Assembly (NCBI RefSeq): GCF_048268965.1
Contig: NZ_JBLWUK010000015.1
Location: 14,575-78,574, forward strand
Reading direction: 5' to 3'
Origin: Oceanisphaera sp.
GTDB lineage: Bacteria; Pseudomonadota; Gammaproteobacteria; Enterobacterales; Aeromonadaceae
DNA: 64,000 nt
The stretch's first letter is position 1. Each line of letters starts with the position of its first letter. A program made the position numbers and the translations under genes. This document shows, piece after piece, positions 29,642 through 40,439 of the stretch. Below the pieces are notes generated by a model. That model had not been told where the DNA came from, did not search any database, and saw only the letters and a program-made list of their open reading frames with translations.

Positions 29642-31345
29642 TTACTTACCCAATGCCTGCCAGGCGTCAAACTGGCTCAGGAATACCTGGCCGGTTAGTT
29701 GTTCCAGAAAGTCACTCTGTTTCAGGCGGTCCATGACCGGGCCTTTTACTTCCGACAAGTGAAAGGTCACCCCGCTGTCGTGCAGCCGGTGGTTAATGGC
29801 TTCCAGGCTCTCCAGTGCCGAGGCATCAATCAGATTGACCGCCGGGCACATCAACACGAAATGCTTGATTTGAGGCTGCTGTACTATGAGGGCGTAAATG
29901 CGGTCTTCCAGGTGGCGAGCATTGGCAAAATACAGACTTTCATCGATGCGCAAGGTCATCAGCTTTGAGCTGGTTTCTACCTGATGACGGTCGATATTGC
30001 GAAAGTGTTCACTGTTCGGTACCCGGCCCACCACGGCACTGTGCGGCTTGCTGGTGCGATATAAAAACAGCAGCAAAGACAGGCTGACGCCGGCAATAAT
30101 GCCCAATTCTACTCCCTGGATCAGGGTGAGCAGTATGGTGGCCAGCATGGCGGAAAAATCACTGCGAGAATACTGCCAGGTGCGCTTGAGCGCTCCCAGA
30201 TCAATCAAGGATAACACCGCCACTATGATGGTGGCGGCCAGGGTCGCCTGAGGCAGGTAATACATTAATGGCGTAAGAAACAGGGCGGCAAGGGCGATGC
30301 CCAGCGCCGTGAAAGCCCCCGCCGCCGGTGTTTGGGCACCGGCATCAAAGTTGACCACGGAGCGTGAAAAGCCACCGGTCACCGGAAAGCCGCCAGCCAG
30401 TGCCGAGCCTATATTGGCCGCCCCCAGGCCAATCAGCTCCTGATTGGGCTCGATGCGCTGGCGCCGTTTGGCCGCCAGGGTTTGCGCCACCGACACCGAC
30501 TCCACAAAGCCCACCAGGCTGATGAACCCGGCTGACACCAGCAATTGCTGCCACAGCTCACTATTGAAGGAGGGCAGGGCAAAACCGGGCAAACCGGCAG
30601 GAATGATGCCGACCACTCGCACCCCGGATTCGGTCAGGTCGCCGGCCCACACCACCGCAATGGTCGTGATCACCGCCAGTATGGGGGCGGTTTTAGACAC
30701 CAGAGTCGCGATATGGGCTGCCAGCCCACAGCGAGTCAACAAGGGGGTTAGCCCCTTTCGCGACCAGAACAGAAACAGCAGGGCACCACCACCTATGCTC
30801 AGGGTGAAAAGATTGGTGTGCTGCAGGTTACTAGCCAGTGCCAGCAGCATATCCAGCAGATTGTGGCCGCTGGCGCTGATGCCCAGTAAATGCTGCAGCT
30901 GACTGGCAGCAATCAATAGGCCGGATGCGGTAATAAAGCCGGAAATAACCGGGTGACTTAAAAAGTTGGCCAGCAGGCCCAGTTTAAAGATGCCCATCAG
31001 CAGCAGGATAATGCCAGACAGCAAGGCCAGTACCACGGCCGCTGCAATATATTCGCTGGTGTTTGTCAGCCCCAGCCTGCCCACGGCGGCGGCCGTCATC
31101 AACGAAATGACCGCCACCGGCCCCACCGACAGCGTGCGGCTGCTGCCAAACAGGGTATATGCCAGCAAGGGCAAGATACTGGCATAAAGGCCGATCTCGG
31201 GAGGCAAGCCTGCCAGCATGGCATAGGCCAGCGATTGGGGGATCAGCATGATAGTGACGATAACGGCCGCTATCATGTCACTGGCCAGAGTGTGCCTGTT
31301 ATAGACACCGAGCCAGCTTGTAAGGGGCAAATAGCGTGAGATCAT
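29642..31345 (-). CDS. sulP: SulP/SLC26 family anion permease with STAS domain
   Basis: LIPQSLAYAMLAGLP..GLYAS, NQELIGLGAAN, FPVTGGFSRS, LRIDESLYFANA. RBS AAGGG fits ATG at 31345 better than 31351. Confidence 0.93.
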   Translation of the reverse strand: MISRYLPLTSWLGVYNRHTLASDMIAAVIVTIMLIPQSLAYAMLAGLPPEIGLYASILPLLAYTLFGSSRTLSVGPVAVISLMTAAAVGRLGLTNTSEYIAAAVVLALLSGIILLLMGIFKLGLLANFLSHPVISGFITASGLLIAASQLQHLLGISASGHNLLDMLLALASNLQHTNLFTLSIGGGALLFLFWSRKGLTPLLTRCGLAAHIATLVSKTAPILAVITTIAVVWAGDLTESGVRVVGIIPAGLPGFALPSFNSELWQQLLVSAGFISLVGFVESVSVAQTLAAKRRQRIEPNQELIGLGAANIGSALAGGFPVTGGFSRSVVNFDAGAQTPAAGAFTALGIALAALFLTPLMYYLPQATLAATIIVAVLSLIDLGALKRTWQYSRSDFSAMLATILLTLIQGVELGIIAGVSLSLLLFLYRTSKPHSAVVGRVPNSEHFRNIDRHQVETSSKLMTLRIDESLYFANARHLEDRIYALIVQQPQIKHFVLMCPAVNLIDASALESLEAINHRLHDSGVTFHLSEVKGPVMDRLKQSDFLEQLTGQVFLSQFDAWQALGK

Positions 31346-31359
31346 CGACATCCCTTGGG

Positions 31360-31727
31360 TTATACCAATCTAAGTAAAAACATGATCTATTTTAAAGCTG
31401 AGTACCAGAGGAAACAGAGTCAACTCCCACGACACGCCATAAACCCATCCCTGGGGGCTCGGGAAATGACATCCCTGTCATTTCACGGTCGTGGGAGCCG
31501 AACTCTGTTGCCTCTCCACAAGCACTGAGTTGTCTGTAGATAGCACCTACAGGTAACTCCGCAGCTTGGGGCGGATGAAGGGATCTACTCCACCGACCAT
31601 CACATGACAAGGATGTCATGTGCTTGAGCGCCACAGGGAAGTGCTTGCAGCGTGTCGGTGGAGTAGACCCTTCGTTCGGCCTTACTGAGCAGCCAAATAG
31701 ACCAGTTACTTACTCAGTTTGGTATTA
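31360..31727. mobile_element. 362-bp structured MITE-like element, copy 1
   Basis: About 97% identical to 48781-49149. Imperfect 31-bp terminal inverted repeats (24/31), TTA on both flanks, several long internal hairpins. Confidence 0.8.
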
Positions 31728-31847
31728 GGCGCAAACAGAACAAGGCAGTCAAGCTGACGCTTAACTACCCTGAAGCCGTCATGATAAAGGCCAGTTCCAT
31801 CGACAAGAACGGTGCCGATGTCTGATTGCTTGCGGCCTGTATTCGCC

Positions 31848-33152
31848 TTACTTTCTCATCAGGCCGTTATTAATGTCGACCAGATCTTGCATGGTTAAAT
31901 TACCGGCCGCCTGTCTGAGCTGCAACTGGCTGATAATGTAGTTGTAGCGAGCGGTAGACAGGTTTTGTTTGGCGTTATAAAGCTGGCGCGTGGCATCAAG
32001 CACATCGACTATGGTGCGGGTTCCCACTTCATAACCGGCTTCGGTGGCATCCAGGGCACTTTGTGCCGAAATAACAAATTGCTCGAAGGCACGTACCGAG
32101 CCGGCTGCCGCGCTCACGTCGTTATAAGAGGAGTACACCTGGCTTTGCACCGCACGAAAGCTGCGCTCCAGCTGCTCGCTGGCGGCCACATAGCCGAACT
32201 GGGCCTGCTTCACCTGAGAGGTGGTGGCACCGCCACTATAAATCGGCAGATTGAAAGATAATCCCACCAGGCCTTCGTTCACGGTGCCATCCTGAGTACT
32301 AACGCCGGTATTGCCTCTGATATCCGTGTAGTTGCTGCTTACACCAGCATTGAGGTCCAGGGTGGGGTGATGACCGGATTGAGCCAGGCCAATTTGTTCG
32401 TTGGCAATGTCTTTGGCAATCCGCTGCTGATGTAGCTCCAGGTTTTGCTCGAGGGCGATTTCCAGCCACTTATCGGCGGCAATCACCGATTTTTGCGGGC
32501 TAAAGGAGTCGGTATTGAGTTTGTTGAGCTGGGTATAGCTCATGTTGGTGAGCTCGCGCAACGCTTCCTTGGCATTGTTTACCGCGTTTTCGGCGCTGAT
32601 TTCTTCGGCTAATGCCTGATCATATTGCGCCTGTGCTTCGTGCACGTCTGTCATGGCGCTTAAGCCCACTTCAAACCGCTGTTTGGTTTGGTCGAGCTGG
32701 CGGCTCACCGCTTCCTTGTTGGCCTGCACAAAGCTTAAGGCATCCTCAGCACTCAAGACGTTAAAATAAGCCTGAGTGGCGCGCAAAATCAAATTTTGTT
32801 GGACCTGGTTGTAGATCACATCGGCCTGAGTGGCCTGCTTTTCGGTGATGTCGAGGTTGACCCAGGCCGACTTGCGATACAAGGCCTGACCCAGTTGCAG
32901 GTTGGCACTGGCCGTATTACGGTCGCTGCGGCTACTTTGTATGTAGTTGGCATCGGCGCCTAAATTAATCTGTGGCAATAACGGGGCGCGAGATTCGTTC
33001 ACTTTCTCGAAGGCGGCATCACGCACGGCCTTGGCCTGGCGCACCTGCGGGTCATTACTGGTCGCCTGCTGGTAGATATCAAGCAAATCTTCGGCCTGGA
33101 CCGAGCCTGCCGCGCAAAGCAATATTAGGGACGATAACAGCGTTTTTTTCAT
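31848..33152 (-). CDS. tolC: Outer membrane channel TolC
   Basis: Start at MKKTLLSSLIL (33152); LLPQINLGA, RFEVGLSAMTDV.EAQA, GYEVGTRTIVDVLDA; divergent from nudF. Confidence 0.96.
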   Translation of the reverse strand: MKKTLLSSLILLCAAGSVQAEDLLDIYQQATSNDPQVRQAKAVRDAAFEKVNESRAPLLPQINLGADANYIQSSRSDRNTASANLQLGQALYRKSAWVNLDITEKQATQADVIYNQVQQNLILRATQAYFNVLSAEDALSFVQANKEAVSRQLDQTKQRFEVGLSAMTDVHEAQAQYDQALAEEISAENAVNNAKEALRELTNMSYTQLNKLNTDSFSPQKSVIAADKWLEIALEQNLELHQQRIAKDIANEQIGLAQSGHHPTLDLNAGVSSNYTDIRGNTGVSTQDGTVNEGLVGLSFNLPIYSGGATTSQVKQAQFGYVAASEQLERSFRAVQSQVYSSYNDVSAAAGSVRAFEQFVISAQSALDATEAGYEVGTRTIVDVLDATRQLYNAKQNLSTARYNYIISQLQLRQAAGNLTMQDLVDINNGLMRK

Positions 33153-33365
33153 TGGTTTTGCCTTACATAACAGATGAGCAAGGATCGCCGTGCTGGGGGC
33201 TGGCAGCCGGGAATGGTTGGTTAAGTGTAAGAGTAACATCACTATTCTGGTTGGACATTGTATAAAACAATCCCTTTTTAATGCAGAGTTACCCATGAAT
33301 GAACGTTCATTCACTTTTAGCGCTAGTCTAAAATTTACCGGTTAAAAGTCAAGAAAGGAGTCGAA

Positions 33366-33983
33366 ATGAGTATAAACAAACCCGCCCAGTTTGGGCATCA
33401 GGACGTCAAACTGCTGGCGGAAGAGGTCGGCTATCAAGGTTTTTTTCGGCTGCTGCGGCTACGATTACAACACAAACTCTTTGCCGGTGGCTGGAGCCAG
33501 GAGATCACGCGAGAGTTGTTCGACCGTGGCCATGCGGCGGCCGTGTTGCCTTACGACCCGGTGCGGGATGAAGTTATCTTGATCGAGCAGTTCAGGGTAG
33601 GGGCTGTGTATAGTGAAGCCAGCCCCTGGCTGCTGGAAGTGGTGGCCGGCATAGTGGAAGAGGGGGAGTCGGAAGAAGAAGTGGTACGGCGCGAGGCCCA
33701 GGAAGAAGCCGGCCTCACGCTGAATACTCTGACCCGGGTAATGAGCTATTTCCCGAGCCCGGGTGGCTGTGGCGAGCGCATCACCCTGTTCGTGGGCGAG
33801 GTGGATGCCAGCGAGGCGGTGCTTCATGCGGGATTGGCCAGCGAGGGTGAAGATATTCGCGTGCATCGCGTGCCTCGAGAGCAGGCCATGCAGTGGCTGG
33901 CCGAAGGCAAGATAGACAACGCCAGTAGTATCATAGCGCTGCAGTGGCTGGCGCTGCAGCGAACGAACGGCCAGGGAGCATAA
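33366..33983 (+). CDS. nudF: ADP-ribose pyrophosphatase
   Basis: RELFDRGHAAAVLPYDP, Nudix box AGIVEEGESEEEVVRREAQEEAG, SPGGCGER. Confidence 0.95.
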   Translation: MSINKPAQFGHQDVKLLAEEVGYQGFFRLLRLRLQHKLFAGGWSQEITRELFDRGHAAAVLPYDPVRDEVILIEQFRVGAVYSEASPWLLEVVAGIVEEGESEEEVVRREAQEEAGLTLNTLTRVMSYFPSPGGCGERITLFVGEVDASEAVLHAGLASEGEDIRVHRVPREQAMQWLAEGKIDNASSIIALQWLALQRTNGQGA

Positions 33984-34142
33984 CGCCAACCGGGCCAGCT
34001 CCCTCGGTACTGTGCTGTGTAATACTTGGCCGAACGGATAAAAAACTGGTGTAATAGGGGTAGTAGCGCTAGTCCACCGCCTTTGGTGATTATAAAGGCG
34101 GATAAACTGATGTCAGCCGAGGTTGCTGGCAAGGAGATAAAT

Positions 34143-34586
34143 TTGACAGCCAAGGTGAGCGCCCGCAAACACGTACCCGATTTAAAGTCGCTGCAGCGCA
34201 CCTGTGATGTGAACTACATGTCCTTGATGAGGTTGTTGCCATCAGGAGCCATGGTGGGTGAGAGCGTGTCGGTTGGCATTAGCGAACAGGTGTTGTTTGT
34301 ATTGAAGGTGCTGGAGACCGCGCCTTACACCTGGCATGTGTCCATCGAGCAATGCACGCCACGCTTGCCTTCCTTTATGCGAATGAAGATTACCGTCAGG
34401 CTTTATCATGACGTAAGAATGGCCGAAGTGTGTGCCAGCCAGCAGACATTAACCCTGCGTTCGAGTTATCATTACCCTAATGCCAAGATGCATCATCGCA
34501 ATGAAAAAGAGCAGGTAAACCTCTTTCTGGCCGAATGGCTGAAATGTTGCCTACAACACGGATTTAGTACGGTCAAACAGATTTGA
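34143..34586 (+). CDS. yqiB: DUF1249 (YqiB) family protein
   Basis: HVPDL..L...CDVNY..L.RLLP, VRLYHDVRMAEV, EKEQVNLFLAEWL..CL. TTG at 34143 follows AAGGAG. Confidence 0.88.
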   Translation: MTAKVSARKHVPDLKSLQRTCDVNYMSLMRLLPSGAMVGESVSVGISEQVLFVLKVLETAPYTWHVSIEQCTPRLPSFMRMKITVRLYHDVRMAEVCASQQTLTLRSSYHYPNAKMHHRNEKEQVNLFLAEWLKCCLQHGFSTVKQI

Positions 34587-35443
34587 ATCAAACTCGTCTT
34601 CAGTTAGATACCATTGATATCACACCACACCGCCCCGACGGCGTGGTGGAGCTGTTGCAAATTACCGATACCCACCTTTTTGCCGACAAAGACGCCGACT
34701 TTCTGGGGATTGCCCCCTGGCACAGCGGACGAGCGGTGGTGGACGCCATCATCGAAAATGAGCAGCTGGCGCAGGCGCCGCCTCATGATCTGATTTTGGC
34801 AACCGGTGATTTATCACAAGATCATACCCCTGATTCTTATCGTCATTTCGGTGAGCTAATGAGTCGGCTGGCACCGCCGGTATTCTGGTTGCCGGGCAAC
34901 CATGACGATGCGGCTTTAATGCAGGCCGAGCTGGATCGGGCCGGCATCAGCAACGCCAAGCATCTGCTCTGTGGCCAGTGGCAAATATTGCTGCTGGATA
35001 CCCAGCTTGCAGAGCAAACCCACGGCGAGTTGTCAGCGGCGCAACTATCCTTGCTTGAGCAAGCCATTGAGCAATACCCTCGGCACCATCTGCTGCTGGC
35101 GGTGCATCATCAGGCAATACCCGTGGGCTGTGCCTGGCTGGATCAGCATAACCTGCGCAATGCCGGGGCCATGCAGGCACTGCTTGCCCGGCACCAGGCC
35201 TCAAAAGTGGTGCTGTGCGGCCATGTGCATCAGGGATTTGATCAACGCCACCAGGGCGTTCGTTATCTGGCCAGCCCCGCCACCTGTATTCAGTTCAAGC
35301 CCCTGTCTGACGACTTTGCCCTCGACAGCATGGCGCCAGGCTGGCGTGCCATTTCGCTGTACCCCGATGGCCGCTTGAGCACCCAGGTGTGGCGATTGCC
35401 ACCTCATAGTTTCGAACCCGACTTTAGTGCCACCGGATATTAA
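34583..35443 (+). CDS. cpdA: 3',5'-cyclic-AMP phosphodiesterase
   Basis: QITDTHL, TGDLSQD, PGNHD, HH, CGHVHQ metallophosphoesterase motifs in the nudF-yqiB-cpdA-yqiA-parE context. Confidence 0.94.
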   Translation: MNQTRLQLDTIDITPHRPDGVVELLQITDTHLFADKDADFLGIAPWHSGRAVVDAIIENEQLAQAPPHDLILATGDLSQDHTPDSYRHFGELMSRLAPPVFWLPGNHDDAALMQAELDRAGISNAKHLLCGQWQILLLDTQLAEQTHGELSAAQLSLLEQAIEQYPRHHLLLAVHHQAIPVGCAWLDQHNLRNAGAMQALLARHQASKVVLCGHVHQGFDQRHQGVRYLASPATCIQFKPLSDDFALDSMAPGWRAISLYPDGRLSTQVWRLPPHSFEPDFSATGY

Positions 35444-35444
35444 G

Positions 35445-36014
35445 ATGTCTACCCTTCTGTATTTGCATGGCTTTAATTCGTCGCCAAAATCCATTAAAGC
35501 GCAGCAGATGCTGCAATATCTGCAACAAAAACGGCCGGACATTGATTTTATCTGTCCGCAACTGGCTACCACGCCGGCCGCAGCCTGGGCACAGATACAG
35601 GCGATTTGTGACCAGATCAGCGGGCCATTTGGCGTGGCCGGCAGCTCCCTGGGCGGCTTTTTTGCCACCCGGGTAGCCGAGCAGTATGGCGTGCGCGCCG
35701 TGGTCATCAACCCCGCGGTCAATCCGCATATTTTGCTGCAGGATTATCTGGGCGAGCAGCTTAATCCGTATACCGATGAGCGATACCAGCTTGGCGAACA
35801 GCATATGCAGGAGCTGAGCACGCTGCGTCTGGATGCTCCCGGCTGCATGGAGCGCATCTGGCTGTTGCAACAGCAAGACGATGAAGTGCTGGACTATCGC
35901 GAAGCCCTCGACTATTACCGCTTCGCCCGAGTCTGCATTCAAAAAGGCGGCGATCACTCCTTTGTCGGCTTCAATCATTACTGCGCACAAATCATCCGCT
36001 TTCTGCAGCTGTAG
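35445..36014 (+). CDS. yqiA: Esterase YqiA
   Basis: LYLHGFNSSP.S.KA, GSSLGG nucleophile elbow, INPAV, DEVLDY, GGDHSF. Confidence 0.93.
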   Translation: MSTLLYLHGFNSSPKSIKAQQMLQYLQQKRPDIDFICPQLATTPAAAWAQIQAICDQISGPFGVAGSSLGGFFATRVAEQYGVRAVVINPAVNPHILLQDYLGEQLNPYTDERYQLGEQHMQELSTLRLDAPGCMERIWLLQQQDDEVLDYREALDYYRFARVCIQKGGDHSFVGFNHYCAQIIRFLQL

Positions 36015-36021
36015 AAATACC

Positions 36022-36143
36022 GTGATGGGTCAGGCGTGAAGCGTGAGGTGTGCACAGGGACTGGCGCAGTGAGCGGTTAGGCACAGGGTGTCAGACGCCG
36101 GTGTGGTTTCTTCCTGTTCGTCCTTCACGCCTTGCCCCTCACC
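36022..36143. repeat. Degenerate heptamer inverted-arm repeat
   Basis: gtgatgggtcaggcgtgaagcgtgagg ... ccttcacgccttgcccctcacc between yqiA and parE. Confidence 0.6.
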
Positions 36144-36216
36144 GCGCTTAAAGCTGACAGCCACTAGCGGTAGGTAGTAAGATGCAGATCACGAATTCTG
36201 ATTATTTAGGGTCAAT

Positions 36217-38112
36217 ATGACATCGAGTCAATATACTGCTGATGCCATTGAGGTACTCAATGGCCTGGAGCCGGTGCGTCGTCGTCCCGGCATGTATACC
36301 GATACTACTCGCCCTAATCACCTCGGCCAGGAGGTCATCGACAACAGCGTTGATGAGGCACTCGCCGGCCACGCCAGCAAGATTGAAGTGATACTGCATG
36401 CCGACCAGTCACTGGAAGTGATCGACAACGGTCGCGGCATGCCGGTCGACATTCATCCGGAAGAAGGCATTTCGGGCGTTGAGCTGATTTTCTGCAAGCT
36501 GCATGCGGGGGGCAAGTTCTCCAATAAAAACTACCAGTACTCTGGCGGCCTGCATGGCGTCGGTATTTCGGTGGTCAGTGCCTTGAGTTCACGACTGGAC
36601 GTCACTATCCGTCGCGGCGGCCAGGTCTACGAGATGGCCTTCGAGCACGGCAACAAGGTGAACGAGCTGACTGTCACCGGCACCTGTGGCCAGCGTAATA
36701 CCGGTACCCGCGTCCATTTCTGGCCCGATGCCAGCTATTTCGATTCGGCCAAGTTTTCCGTTACCCGCCTCAAGCACCTGCTAAAAGCCAAGGCGGTACT
36801 GTGCCCGGGTCTCAGTATTCACTTCGTTGACAAGGTCAACGACGAAACCCAGGAGTGGTGCTATCAGGACGGCCTGCAGGATTACCTGCTGGAGTCGGTC
36901 AAGGATTATACCTGCCTGCCAGAGCAACCCTTTGTGGGCAACTTCAGCGCGGAACATTCGGCAGTGGAGTGGGCCCTGACCTGGCTGCCCGAGGGTGGCG
37001 AAGGACTGGGCGAGAGCTACGTCAACCTGATCCCGACCCCCCAGGGCGGCACCCACGTGAATGGTTTGCGCCAGGGGCTGCTGGATGCCATGCGGGAGTT
37101 TTGTGAATTCAGAAACCTGCTGCCCCGTGGCGTCAAGCTCACGCCGGACGATATCTGGGAGCGCTGTGCCTATATTCTGTCGGTAAAAATGCAAGACCCG
37201 CAGTTTGCCGGGCAAACCAAAGAGCGGCTGTCGTCGCGCCAATGTTCGGCCTTTGTCTCGGGTGTGGTTAAGGATGCATTCAGCCTGTGGCTCAACCAGC
37301 ATACCGATCTGGCCGAGCAAATTGCCGAGCTCTGTATCAGCAGTGCCCAGCGCCGCTTGCGTCAGGCAAAAAAGGTGGTGCGCAAAAAGGTCACCCAGGG
37401 GCCGGCCCTGCCGGGCAAACTCACCGATTGTGCCTGCTCGGATCCCATGCGTGGCGAGCTGTTTCTGGTTGAAGGTGATTCCGCCGGCGGCAGTGCCAAA
37501 CAGGCGCGGGATCGTGAGTTTCAGGCGATCATGCCGCTACGCGGCAAGATCCTGAACACCTGGGAAGTGGAGCCGGGCCAGGTACTGGCGTCGCAGGAAG
37601 TCCACGATATTTCGGTGGCCATCGGCCTGGATCCGGACTCGACCGACCTGAGCGATTTACGCTACGGCAAGATATGCATACTGGCGGATGCGGACTCGGA
37701 TGGTCTGCATATTGCCACCCTGCTGTGCGCCCTGTTTGTCCGCCACTTCCGCTTCCTGGTCGAACAAGGCCATGTCTATGTGGCCATGCCGCCCTTGTAT
37801 CGCATCGATTTGGGCAAAGAGGTGTATTACGCCCTGGATGAAGACGAGCGCGACGGCGTGCTGGAGCGGATTAAAGCCGAAAAGAAACGGGGCAAAGTAC
37901 AGGTGACTCGCTTTAAGGGACTGGGTGAAATGAACCCCAAGCAGTTGCGTGAAACCACCCTGGATCCCAACACCCGTCGACTGGTGCAGCTGACGGTGGA
38001 TGACATGGAGAGCACCACCAAACTGATGGATATGCTGCTGGCCAAAAAGCGCTCCGGCGATCGTCGTGAATGGCTGGAAGCCAAGGGTAACCTGGTCGAT
38101 CCCCTGGCCTGA
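36217..38112 (+). CDS. parE: DNA topoisomerase IV subunit B
   Basis: GLEPVRRRPGMY, EVIDNSVDE, GGLHGVG, EGDSAGGS, PLRGKILN, ADADSDG, RFKGLGEM. Confidence 0.98.
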   Translation: MTSSQYTADAIEVLNGLEPVRRRPGMYTDTTRPNHLGQEVIDNSVDEALAGHASKIEVILHADQSLEVIDNGRGMPVDIHPEEGISGVELIFCKLHAGGKFSNKNYQYSGGLHGVGISVVSALSSRLDVTIRRGGQVYEMAFEHGNKVNELTVTGTCGQRNTGTRVHFWPDASYFDSAKFSVTRLKHLLKAKAVLCPGLSIHFVDKVNDETQEWCYQDGLQDYLLESVKDYTCLPEQPFVGNFSAEHSAVEWALTWLPEGGEGLGESYVNLIPTPQGGTHVNGLRQGLLDAMREFCEFRNLLPRGVKLTPDDIWERCAYILSVKMQDPQFAGQTKERLSSRQCSAFVSGVVKDAFSLWLNQHTDLAEQIAELCISSAQRRLRQAKKVVRKKVTQGPALPGKLTDCACSDPMRGELFLVEGDSAGGSAKQARDREFQAIMPLRGKILNTWEVEPGQVLASQEVHDISVAIGLDPDSTDLSDLRYGKICILADADSDGLHIATLLCALFVRHFRFLVEQGHVYVAMPPLYRIDLGKEVYYALDEDERDGVLERIKAEKKRGKVQVTRFKGLGEMNPKQLRETTLDPNTRRLVQLTVDDMESTTKLMDMLLAKKRSGDRREWLEAKGNLVDPLA

Positions 38113-38125
38113 GGACAGAACTTAA

Positions 38126-40372
38126 ATGAGTAATAACGATTTTACGATGGAAGGCGTAGAACGCCTGCCGTTGCATACCTTTACCGAGCAGGCTTACCTT
38201 AATTACTCCATGTACGTCATCATGGATCGCGCCTTGCCCCATATAGGTGATGGCCTGAAACCGGTACAGCGCCGCATTATTTATGCCATGAGCGAGCTGG
38301 GGCTGTCGGCCCTGTCCAAGCATAAAAAGTCGGCCCGTACCGTGGGGGACGTGCTGGGTAAATATCACCCCCATGGTGACTCCGCCTGTTACGAAGCCAT
38401 GGTGTTGATGGCGCAGCCGTTTTCTTACCGTTATCCACTGGTGGACGGCCAGGGTAACTGGGGGGCGCCGGATGATCCCAAGTCGTTCGCCGCCATGCGT
38501 TATACCGAGGCCCGTCTGTCTCGCCATGCCGAGCTGCTGTTATCCGAGCTCGGTCAGGGCACGGTAGAGTGGATCCCCAACTTCGATGGCACCATGAAAG
38601 AGCCGCGCATGTTGCCGGCCCGCCTGCCGCATATTCTGCTCAATGGCGTCACCGGCATTGCCGTGGGCATGGCGACCGACATACCGCCCCATAACATTCG
38701 CGAACTGGCCGCCGCCTGCGTGCACTTATTGGCGAATCCCAAGGCGAGCGTGAGCGAGCTGATGGAGTTTGTGCACGGGCCGGATTACCCCACCCATGCC
38801 GAGATCATTACCCCCCGGGCGGATATTCAGAAAATATACGAAACCGGTCGTGGCAGCATCAAGATGCGCGCCGTCTACGAGATGGAACAAGGGGATATTA
38901 TCATTACCTCCTTGCCGCACCAGGCCAGCAGCGGCAAGATCCTGGAGCAGATAGCGGCCCAGATGCAGGCGAAAAAGCTGCCCATGGTAGCGGATTTGCG
39001 TGATGAGGCGGATCATGAAAACCCCACGCGGCTGGTGATTATTCCGCGCTCGAACCGGGTCGATGTCGAACAGCTGATGCAGCACCTGTTTGCCAGCACC
39101 GATCTGGAGAAGAGCTACCGCGTAAACCTGAACATGCTGGGACTGAACAACAAGCCCCAGGTGAAAAGTCTGGATATGATTCTGGACGAATGGCTGACCT
39201 TTCGCCGGCAAACCGTGCGTAACCGCCTGCAGCACCGGCTGGATAAAGTGGAAGCGCGGCTGCACATTCTGGAAGGCTTGTTGGCCGCGTTTTTGAACAT
39301 TGATGAAGTCATCGAGATCATTCGCCGCGAAGACGAACCCAAGCCGGTGTTAATGGCGCGTTTCGAGCTCACCGAGATACAGGCTGAAGCCATTCTGGAG
39401 CTGAAATTACGCCACTTGGCCAAGCTGGAAGAAGTGAAGATCCGCGGTGAGCAGGATGAGCTGGCTGCCGAGCGGGACAAGCTGACCTTACTGCTGAGCT
39501 CCGAGCGTCGCTTGAATACCCTGATCAAGAAAGAGATCCTGGCCGATGCCGAAAAGTACGGGGACGATCGTCGCTCGCCGCTTATTGAGCGAGCAGAAGC
39601 CAGGGCATTGAGCGAGAAAGAGCTGATCCCCAGTGAGGCGATCACGGTTGTGCTCTCGGAAAAAGGCTGGATCCGGTCGGCCAAGGGGCACGATATCGAT
39701 GGTGCCAGCCTGAGCTATCGGGCCGGGGACGGCTTTCTGGATGCGGTTAATGGACGCAGTAACCAGATGGCGGTGTTCCTGTCCAGCATAGGCCGGGCCT
39801 ATGGCCAGGATGCCCATGGCTTGCCCTCGGCCCGCAGCCAGGGCGAACCCCTGTCGGGGCGTTGTAACTTGAGCCCCGGCGAGCAGGCCAGTTTTGTGCT
39901 GATGGGCGACGACGAACGGCTGTTCCTGCTGGCGTCCGATGCGGGTTATGGCTTTGTGTGCCGCTTTGCTGACATGGTAAGCCGCAATAAAAACGGCAAG
40001 GCGTTGCTCACCGTGCCCGCCGGCGGTCAGGTGTTGAAGCCGGTGCTCATAGAGCAGCTGGCCAGCAGTCAGTGTTTGGCGGTGACCAATGAAGGCCGCA
40101 TGTTGTTGTTTCCACTGCAGGACTTGCCGCTGTTGGGCAAGGGCAAGGGCAACAAGATCATCGGCATTCCTTCGGCCAAGGTGCAGGCCCGGGAAGACTT
40201 CATCAAGCAGCTGGTGGTGGTGCCGGAAGGTGCCAGCGTGACCCTGTATGCCGGCAAGCGTAAACTCACCCTCAAGCCTGCCGATCTGGCTCACTACCAG
40301 GGTGAAAGGGGCCGCCGCGGTGCCTTGTTGCCCCGAGGGTTGCAACGGGTAGACAGTCTGGAAGTCGAATAA
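38126..40372 (+). CDS. parC: DNA topoisomerase IV subunit A
   Basis: [38 protein letters not shown]. Confidence 0.98.
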   Translation: MSNNDFTMEGVERLPLHTFTEQAYLNYSMYVIMDRALPHIGDGLKPVQRRIIYAMSELGLSALSKHKKSARTVGDVLGKYHPHGDSACYEAMVLMAQPFSYRYPLVDGQGNWGAPDDPKSFAAMRYTEARLSRHAELLLSELGQGTVEWIPNFDGTMKEPRMLPARLPHILLNGVTGIAVGMATDIPPHNIRELAAACVHLLANPKASVSELMEFVHGPDYPTHAEIITPRADIQKIYETGRGSIKMRAVYEMEQGDIIITSLPHQASSGKILEQIAAQMQAKKLPMVADLRDEADHENPTRLVIIPRSNRVDVEQLMQHLFASTDLEKSYRVNLNMLGLNNKPQVKSLDMILDEWLTFRRQTVRNRLQHRLDKVEARLHILEGLLAAFLNIDEVIEIIRREDEPKPVLMARFELTEIQAEAILELKLRHLAKLEEVKIRGEQDELAAERDKLTLLLSSERRLNTLIKKEILADAEKYGDDRRSPLIERAEARALSEKELIPSEAITVVLSEKGWIRSAKGHDIDGASLSYRAGDGFLDAVNGRSNQMAVFLSSIGRAYGQDAHGLPSARSQGEPLSGRCNLSPGEQASFVLMGDDERLFLLASDAGYGFVCRFADMVSRNKNGKALLTVPAGGQVLKPVLIEQLASSQCLAVTNEGRMLLFPLQDLPLLGKGKGNKIIGIPSAKVQAREDFIKQLVVVPEGASVTLYAGKRKLTLKPADLAHYQGERGRRGALLPRGLQRVDSLEVE

Positions 40373-40376
40373 AAAC

Positions 40377-40439
40377 GTGAGGGGTGAGGGGGGAAGGCGT
40401 GAGGAAAAACAGACCCCTCACCCTTCATTCACCCCTCAT
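40377..40439. repeat. Heptamer inverted-arm repeat between convergent parC and mutT
   Basis: gtgaggggtgaggggggaaggcgtgagg-aaaaacagac-ccctcacccttcattcacccctca. Confidence 0.75.

Noticed and set aside
31392-31634. 80-aa ORF MALKHMTSLSCDGRW... (also 48813..49055)
   Set aside because: It lies wholly inside the repeated structured element, has no RBS or recognisable motif, and recurs only because the element is duplicated.
31730-31825. Short frame RKQNKAVKLTLNYPEAVMIKAS..., reminiscent of urease gamma subunit (LNYPEAV)
   Set aside because: Only a 7-residue match, no start codon, downstream residues do not fit and there are no other ure genes. Could be a remnant but cannot be supported without a search.
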